64,000 bases of DNA, from IMG/VR virus record IMGVR_UViG_3300029712_000001. One strand, 5' to 3'. This DNA comes from a virus. Positions 58,376 to 64,000 of this stretch are shown here, piece after piece. The notes under the pieces are model-generated. The model was given only the letters and a program-made list of their open reading frames with translations, was not told the origin of the DNA and ran no database searches. Within the stretch, counting starts at the first letter, position 1. Each line of letters opens with the position of its first letter. The translations under genes and the position numbers were made by a program.

Positions 58376-58594
58376 TTATTTCTTGTTAATTTTGTCCAAC
58401 AATTTCTTGATCTGGTCTACGATGTCCATCACCGCGCCAACCTTATTTTTTACGTCCTCAACCTTCTGATCGATCTTAGAATCCAAAGCCTTTAAACGGT
58501 CTTCGTTTTTACGATACACTAAATACAGGGCTAAACCGATGATTGCTATCGTAAGAATATTAGCCAAAACACATCCGATTATTATCTGAAACAT
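58376..58594 (-). CDS. small N-terminally TM-anchored coiled-coil protein (72 aa)
   Basis: FQIIIGCVLANILTIAIIGLALYLVY is followed by a charged helix. Confidence 0.5.
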   Translation of the reverse strand: MFQIIIGCVLANILTIAIIGLALYLVYRKNEDRLKALDSKIDQKVEDVKNKVGAVMDIVDQIKKLLDKINKK

Positions 58595-58680
58595 GATGAT
58601 TATATAGTAGATAACGCTACCACACGCTTTAATTATTCAACTTTTTTACAAATATAGCAATTGTCCCAACCATAACAAGA

Positions 58681-58953
58681 TCAAAAACGCTCGTCATTAA
58701 CATCAGACACCCATTCTTTAGATGAAAGAACAGATTCAAACTCAGAAGAAGGGCTGTCATATACCGGATACGGATATTGAGGTTCGTCATCAGCCTGCAT
58801 GTCTAAAGACTTAAATAGAAGGTCATAATGTTCTACATGTAAAATAACTTTAGAGCCATCTACGCTCGCTCTTGGGCTACCTATTCCTAATTCACGTCTC
58901 TTTTCTTCAGATACGGAATAATATACTTCTTTTGGTATGATAATAAATTTCAT
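58681..58953 (-). CDS. hypothetical small protein (90 aa)
   Basis: ORF track. Confidence 0.5.
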   Translation of the reverse strand: MKFIIIPKEVYYSVSEEKRRELGIGSPRASVDGSKVILHVEHYDLLFKSLDMQADDEPQYPYPVYDSPSSEFESVLSSKEWVSDVNDERF

Positions 58954-58954
58954 A

Positions 58955-61078
58955 TTACTTTGATTTTAGGGTTTGTAAATAGTTGTAGGCTTTGATACAG
59001 TCGTCTTTGGAGAGGATTCTTGGATAAATTGCAAGGTTCTTAAAAGCTATTCGATCAAACCTACCACCACTACTCGATACCTCCAATGTACCACCAGAAC
59101 CAACTACATTACCTGTATTTGCCAGTATTTCATTCCAATTACGATCATAGGCCCTACCATCTGAACATGCAGCATTAATACTTTTAATTCCGTCAAGACT
59201 ATTTTTTACTGATCCTGAATTAATATAAAGATCAAGTCCAATCATTGTGTTGTAGATATAAAAACTAGACCCTTTTACTAAACCAACACCACTCTTTTTA
59301 TTATTAATAAACTTCCAATCCCCAACAATCGTAAAATCCTTACCCATTCCAAAAACTGACGAAACTATCTTATCATCCACCCCATCAGTAACCAGGTATC
59401 CTTCGTATTCGGGGATTTGCTCTATGGTGATATCACAGGTTTCTTGTATTTTATCTAATGTAAATCCATACCAATCTCCATTTGCTTTAAATAAAAAAGA
59501 CGGTAATGTATAAATTCCATCTTCTGATATTTTGTATATCTGTTGTCCTTCAGAAGTTACTTGTTTATAGGATAGAGTTTGACCATCTTTCAGTCCATAA
59601 ACTTTTATCTTATAAGAAGGAACTGTAAAAGAAGGTTGTTCAGGATAGGATTGATAATATAACTGTGTAGACGCAACTTTAACTGAAGTTATATTTACAG
59701 AATAACTCGTCCAAGTTAAATCCGCTCTATCAGTAGATTGAACCCATCTACCACCAGCATAATTCTCAGCATACAACCCATACCCACTCCCTTCTGCAAA
59801 CCCAAAATTCGACAGTACAAGATCATTACCATTGCCCGTAATGTTGGCAATAGTAGCACGATCTTCGTCCTCGTTGGTTTTGCCTACCACTGTCCATGCT
59901 TGATCAAAGAATAACCAAGGATAGGTTTTGACGAAGTAGTCTTTGACCTTGGTTAGTTCTTCTTCGGTGGCATCGTGATCGAGAAATACAAGTTCCCAAA
60001 TAGCAGCATTAATACAAGTTCCTACATTAGTTGGAGCTAATTTCCCAACATGTAGCACATCTGTTCCTTCAAAATTACCAGTTGTAATCGAAACACCATT
60101 ATAACTTTTAGATGTCTGATAAGTGAGGATGTGTGGTAAATCATTTTCACTCCCTATTGCTCCAAAAGATATAGGCTTATTAAGATGCTCGGCTTGTATA
60201 TTTCTATATTCTAACAAGAAGGCACCATCCTTGAGCCAATTCTTTACATTAGATACTAATCCTTGGGCTATTTCACCCCTTGTAATCCACTGTCTCAACG
60301 CTACAACCGTATATCCCTTTTCCTTAGTCAGAATGGGGAAGTTATCACAGACACCGTAATCGTCTACTCCATCAAAGACAAGTGCACCAGGGTAGAGAGG
60401 TAGTTGTTCGATGGTAATATTGCAAGATTCCTGTAATTTTAAGAACTTGAATCCGTAATAAGCATTTTTAGCTCCAAAATCAAAACTTGGTAGATGATAT
60501 ATACCATCATTTTCAATTCTCATTATAACAAATTGTTGTGTTCCATTAGAAACATATTCAATTCCTTGTCCGTCTGTTAAACCAGAAACTTTGATAGTAC
60601 ATGATAAAACCCTAAATCCAGTATCACTTAGTGATGATTGATAAAATAATTGAGCTGATCTATTATCCTTTATTGATCTTGCATTAAAAGACTTATAAGT
60701 CCAAGTGGCATCAATTCTTGATTCTACCTTATACCATTTATTACTATTATAGTTCTCTGTATATCCACCTACCCCACTCATTCCACCCCAAGCGAAATTC
60801 TTGAAGGATAAGAACCGACCTTTATGGTCCGCATCCTCAATCCTCGGATCGTCCATCGCTGCCATCATCTCGTTCGTCAGGCCGCCGAAATACCAACGGG
60901 TGATATCGCCAGGAAGTTTAGGAAAATCATCTACCCTACAAGGTAAATCGGATATCATCTTCGCATACTCTTTAAAAGGTATGGAAGTAGGTACATCATA
61001 CCCTTTGGATATAAGGGCTTGCCTTATATCCTCCTTGGTATTTATGATCCTCATTAACTTATCTGATATGGTTCCCAT
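58955..61078 (-). CDS. tail fibre / receptor-binding protein with an internal tandem duplication and LamG-like segments (707 aa)
   Basis: Two homologous halves: ...IKVSGLTDGQGIEY...DGIYHLPSFDFGAKNAYYGFKFLKLQESCNITIEQLPLYPGALVFDGVDDYGV and ...IKVYGLKDGQTLSY...DGIYTLPSFLFKANGDWYGFTLDKIQETCDITIEQIPEYEGYLVTDGVDDKIV. Confidence 0.65.
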   Translation of the reverse strand: MGTISDKLMRIINTKEDIRQALISKGYDVPTSIPFKEYAKMISDLPCRVDDFPKLPGDITRWYFGGLTNEMMAAMDDPRIEDADHKGRFLSFKNFAWGGMSGVGGYTENYNSNKWYKVESRIDATWTYKSFNARSIKDNRSAQLFYQSSLSDTGFRVLSCTIKVSGLTDGQGIEYVSNGTQQFVIMRIENDGIYHLPSFDFGAKNAYYGFKFLKLQESCNITIEQLPLYPGALVFDGVDDYGVCDNFPILTKEKGYTVVALRQWITRGEIAQGLVSNVKNWLKDGAFLLEYRNIQAEHLNKPISFGAIGSENDLPHILTYQTSKSYNGVSITTGNFEGTDVLHVGKLAPTNVGTCINAAIWELVFLDHDATEEELTKVKDYFVKTYPWLFFDQAWTVVGKTNEDEDRATIANITGNGNDLVLSNFGFAEGSGYGLYAENYAGGRWVQSTDRADLTWTSYSVNITSVKVASTQLYYQSYPEQPSFTVPSYKIKVYGLKDGQTLSYKQVTSEGQQIYKISEDGIYTLPSFLFKANGDWYGFTLDKIQETCDITIEQIPEYEGYLVTDGVDDKIVSSVFGMGKDFTIVGDWKFINNKKSGVGLVKGSSFYIYNTMIGLDLYINSGSVKNSLDGIKSINAACSDGRAYDRNWNEILANTGNVVGSGGTLEVSSSGGRFDRIAFKNLAIYPRILSKDDCIKAYNYLQTLKSK

Positions 61079-61389
61079 TACACTTCCTCCCCATTTATAT
61101 AATCTAATACCGAACCTATGTCTCCGATGTCTGATTTTATTGACTCTCCTTGAGAATATATTTCAATAAGTTTCTGATATAAAGTGTTATCCCCTATACG
61201 ATTCTTATCTGTAGCTTGTTCTTCGATCTTAGTTATCGTATCAGGATTTTCGTACTTAACACCATCAGGACCATACCATTCGTCTGTTAAATTCGTGTAT
61301 TTATGACGAACTGGAGTCGATTTAGACTCCAGTGTTACTAAAAAATATTCATTACAGCTCATGACAATAAGATTTAGTGGTTGCAACAA
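61078..61389 (-). CDS. hypothetical small protein (103 aa)
   Basis: ORF track. Confidence 0.5.
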   Translation of the reverse strand: MLQPLNLIVMSCNEYFLVTLESKSTPVRHKYTNLTDEWYGPDGVKYENPDTITKIEEQATDKNRIGDNTLYQKLIEIYSQGESIKSDIGDIGSVLDYINGEEV

Positions 61390-63116
61390 TTACATCTACA
61401 AACTGTTCTCACGTAGCCAGAGGGAATGGCAGCCAGCTCCGTCCCTACGGCGATCGCCGGGTCAGTGCTTTCCATGACCGTCAGCGCCATCTTGTCCACG
61501 TCAAGGTCATTATCGTAAACGATTTCTCCCTCAACGTAAATGCTCCCTGCATCAGAAACGTAGCAGTTTTTGACCTGTCTTATATGGCGCTGTGTAGCAG
61601 ACGCAAAATCACACTCGATACTTAACCACCCTACCGGTATCTGATCAATATTAGATCCGATATTGTAATCAGGATCGGTTGTTTTAAGCACCATATGCCT
61701 CAATTCCCTTGTATTTCCGTATCCGTCCATTGTTATATATGTCCGGATCTGAACCTTGCCTTTTTCCGTCTTATAACAGTTTTCTACTATTTCAGTGTCG
61801 GATGTGGTAGCATCAGGGAAATCACAAACAATACGCTGCCATCCTTCTTGTATTTTGCTGAATGTGGCGCCTCTTTGTATATCAGGATCGGTCGTTTCTA
61901 AGACAATAAGATACTCGTCCCGGACACCTATTATGCTATCTACCGACCTGTATCCACCAAGATGTATTTTACCACCAGGAGTAGTATAACATTCATCTAC
62001 GGACATAATATGTCTTTCCGTAAGATCAGGAAAATCGCATTCGGTTTTCGTCCATTCGTTAGGTATCTTATCTATTCTCGTCCACTGAGGATAGGCGGCG
62101 TCCGTTGTCTTAACAATATAATAATACTGTTCCCTTACACCAAGAACGGCATCAATAGCTTGATAACCTTTTATATTGACCTTACCACCATCCGTCTTGT
62201 AGCATTCGTCTACTTCAACAATTTCCCGGTCCGTCATGTCAGGAAAATCACATACCATCCTCACCCAATCTTCGGGAATGGAATCCAGCACGGCCCCTAC
62301 CTTAATATCAGGATCAGTAGACTGAAGGACGGTATAAACCTCTTCCCTGGTCCCAAGAATATTATCTATGGCTACCAAACCTTCTACTTGCACTTTTCCT
62401 TTTTTAGTAGTGTAACATTCAAGAACGTAAGTTACGTCTCGTTCTGTCATGTCAGGAAAGTCACAAACCATTCGAACCCAATTCTCTGGAATTAGTTTAA
62501 AAACATGGCCGGCAGGGAAATTATCGTCCGTCGATTGAATAACGGTATAAATAGATTCCCTGATATTTATCTTATCATCTATGGCCTCCAATCCTTCTAT
62601 TTCAACCTTACCATCCGGAGTCTTATAACATCTGTTGACGAACGTAATGTCGCGTTCTGTCATATCAGGAAGATCGCAGTCGATCATAACCCACTCGTCC
62701 GGTATTTTAGTAAGAACTTTACCTACCGGATTATCCATGTCGGTACTGTCGGTAATTCTATGGGTTTCTTTAAGAACATCCATCTGATCGTTAAGAAGAT
62801 ACCAACTCCATACTTCGACCTTTCCACCAGGTGTACGGTAACAGGTTTTGAAATCTTTGATAACTTTCTCAGCTATGTTAATCCACTCCCATTCGGTTGT
62901 GGCCGGAATACCAGAAACAGGATGCTTCTTACCTTCTTCGTCAAGATACCAATAACAGCCATTTAAGGACACAACCACTTGGTAGATTTTGTCCCCTATT
63001 TTTATACCGGATTTGCTGTCATCTACCGGTTGGGAGGAACCCCATTTTCCAACTATGTTGGTTATTTTATCAATGCCCCTACCTAAGGCACCGACTAAAG
63101 AATCCACGCCGTTCAT
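61374..63116 (-). CDS. repeat protein with about seven tandem ~67-aa domains (580 aa), a decoration or fibre candidate
   Basis: Repeating CDFPDMTERD.T.V..CY.T..GKV...G..AID......E.YTV.QSTD.....G.V...IPE.WVRMV units. Confidence 0.65.
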   Translation of the reverse strand: MNGVDSLVGALGRGIDKITNIVGKWGSSQPVDDSKSGIKIGDKIYQVVVSLNGCYWYLDEEGKKHPVSGIPATTEWEWINIAEKVIKDFKTCYRTPGGKVEVWSWYLLNDQMDVLKETHRITDSTDMDNPVGKVLTKIPDEWVMIDCDLPDMTERDITFVNRCYKTPDGKVEIEGLEAIDDKINIRESIYTVIQSTDDNFPAGHVFKLIPENWVRMVCDFPDMTERDVTYVLECYTTKKGKVQVEGLVAIDNILGTREEVYTVLQSTDPDIKVGAVLDSIPEDWVRMVCDFPDMTDREIVEVDECYKTDGGKVNIKGYQAIDAVLGVREQYYYIVKTTDAAYPQWTRIDKIPNEWTKTECDFPDLTERHIMSVDECYTTPGGKIHLGGYRSVDSIIGVRDEYLIVLETTDPDIQRGATFSKIQEGWQRIVCDFPDATTSDTEIVENCYKTEKGKVQIRTYITMDGYGNTRELRHMVLKTTDPDYNIGSNIDQIPVGWLSIECDFASATQRHIRQVKNCYVSDAGSIYVEGEIVYDNDLDVDKMALTVMESTDPAIAVGTELAAIPSGYVRTVCRCNCCNH

Positions 63117-63152
63117 ATGAAACTAACTTATTTCAAATTATTTTATTACAAA

Positions 63153-63183
63153 AAGGGGGTGGAGGACCAGCCTCCTCCCCCTT
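63153..63183 (-). terminator. GC-rich hairpin terminator after the partial ORF
   Basis: AAGGGGGTGGAGG (63153-63165) pairs with CCTCCTCCCCCTT (63171-63183) with one mismatch. On the minus strand it is followed by TTTTG. Confidence 0.65.
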
Positions 63184-63206
63184 GGGATATATAGAAAAAA
63201 GGAAAA

Positions 63207-64000
63207 TCAAATCTTGCAGGGCTTGATATTTGCCGAAGCAGCTAACAAGTCCATAAGGTCTTGAATACCTTCGTGAGCGCCATACGGTACATGGAAGTGT
63301 ACTGTAATATGATCATCAATTACCCTACCGAAGCCGTTAGAGTAACGTGCCGGCTTCAACGTTACTGAATAATCAGCATACGGAGCCAACAGGTCTAAGC
63401 GGGTTTCTTCGTTGGTAAACATCCGTTCCATAAGTTCTTGGTGAGTCTTACGGAAGTCGAAGAACATACGTTGTTCGCGTTCCTTATCCAGCAATTCAGC
63501 GCCGAGGTGAGTACGCGGAGCCCAGTGCTGTTTGTATTCGGTATGGATCGGGTTGAAGTACGTGCTGATAGCCTCGCGCTGTTCATCCGGATAACCACCG
63601 TTTACGGCAATACGAACAGAACCTTCTTGGAATGTCAGACGGTCAATCAAACAATCAGACGGAGAAATCATGTAGTCAATACCACGGAACAAGATACCGC
63701 ATTTGCAGTTCTTAGGAAGCGGATCGGCGATAATGGACTGATCTCCTGCTACGGCACCCAAACGTTTCCAGTTACGTCCACGATAAGATTCGGGAGCTTT
63801 AGATACGAAGAAGTCTTTGAAAATTTTATCGCATTCGTCGCAAACCATGTTAGTAACGACCGTTGTTTTGAATTTGTGTTGACATCCACCAGGCGTACCG
63901 TAATCTTCGATTGTCAGATACGGGAATGCTGCCTGCAATTCTTCTTTAGCACTGTTACCACATTCATCATCCGGCAACGTGATTTCATAAGCTTCTTTCG
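63207..64000 (-). CDS. C-terminal part of a compositionally distinct protein of unknown function (ORF open to the window edge)
   Basis: The frame is open from 64000 to the stop at 63207. A hand count of 60 nt gave about 47% GC, against about 28-33% elsewhere. No motif was recognised. Confidence 0.6.
   Translation of the reverse strand, partial: KEAYEITLPDDECGNSAKEELQAAFPYLTIEDYGTPGGCQHKFKTTVVTNMVCDECDKIFKDFFVSKAPESYRGRNWKRLGAVAGDQSIIADPLPKNCKCGILFRGIDYMISPSDCLIDRLTFQEGSVRIAVNGGYPDEQREAISTYFNPIHTEYKQHWAPRTHLGAELLDKEREQRMFFDFRKTHQELMERMFTNEETRLDLLAPYADYSVTLKPARYSNGFGRVIDDHITVHFHVPYGAHEGIQDLMDLLAASANIKPCKI

Noticed and set aside
1-64000. Genome-wide stop-codon reassignment (TAG or TGA recoding), as reported for some crAss-like phages
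   Set aside because: ORFs of 2-7 kb are uninterrupted under the standard code, and TAA, TAG and TGA each end long, well-supported ORFs (for example at 42395, 17463 and 50294). The two tRNA-like genes have sense anticodons (UUU and GUA), not suppressor anticodons.
1-64000. A reverse transcriptase or Avd gene that would complete the DGR within this window
   Set aside because: I scanned all track translations for Y/F-x-D-D motifs with hydrophobic flanks and found none. I also found no small basic four-helix candidate between VR and TR; the longest ORF there is 16 aa. The absence is reported as a finding rather than an RT being invented.

Overview
This window reads as a 64-kb stretch of an AT-rich (about 30% GC) tailed phage genome. 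The likely host is a Bacteroidota bacterium. Supporting points are that start codons lack Shine-Dalgarno sequences, a TTTG-N19-TAnnTTTG promoter is present, and several proteins carry BACON-like Ig domains. The layout resembles crAss-like or other gut podophages. Every credible gene lies on the minus strand, and TAA, TAG and TGA all end long ORFs, so the standard genetic code applies.

Read in the direction of transcription (64000 down to 1), the window contains:
- a compositionally distinct partial ORF
- repeat-rich fibre or decoration proteins
- a lysis cassette with an M15 peptidase, a multi-TM protein and a signal-anchored protein
- an adhesin block built from BACON-like domains and a 71-aa Cys-containing module
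- an HNH-AP2 homing endonuclease
- two antirepressor paralogs, one with a KilA-N and one with a Bro-N N-terminal domain
- a 2257-aa virion protein
- a small-RNA cluster followed by a Ro60/TROVE gene
- a block of giant internal-virion or ejection-type proteins of 817, 970, 1007 and 2239 aa
- several low-complexity oddities

Two systems stand out:
1. A terminator-insulated Ro60 (Rsr-like) gene sits next to a circularly permuted, closed-acceptor tRNA mimic of the YrlA/Y-RNA type and two non-canonical tRNA-like genes.
2. A diversity-generating-retroelement-style VR/TR pair has 8 of 8 mismatches at TR adenines, and all six AAY codons are diversified. No reverse transcriptase is present in the window, and an HNH endonuclease occupies the position where one would be expected.

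All calls rest on reading the sequence and recognising motifs. No database searches or folding programs were run.
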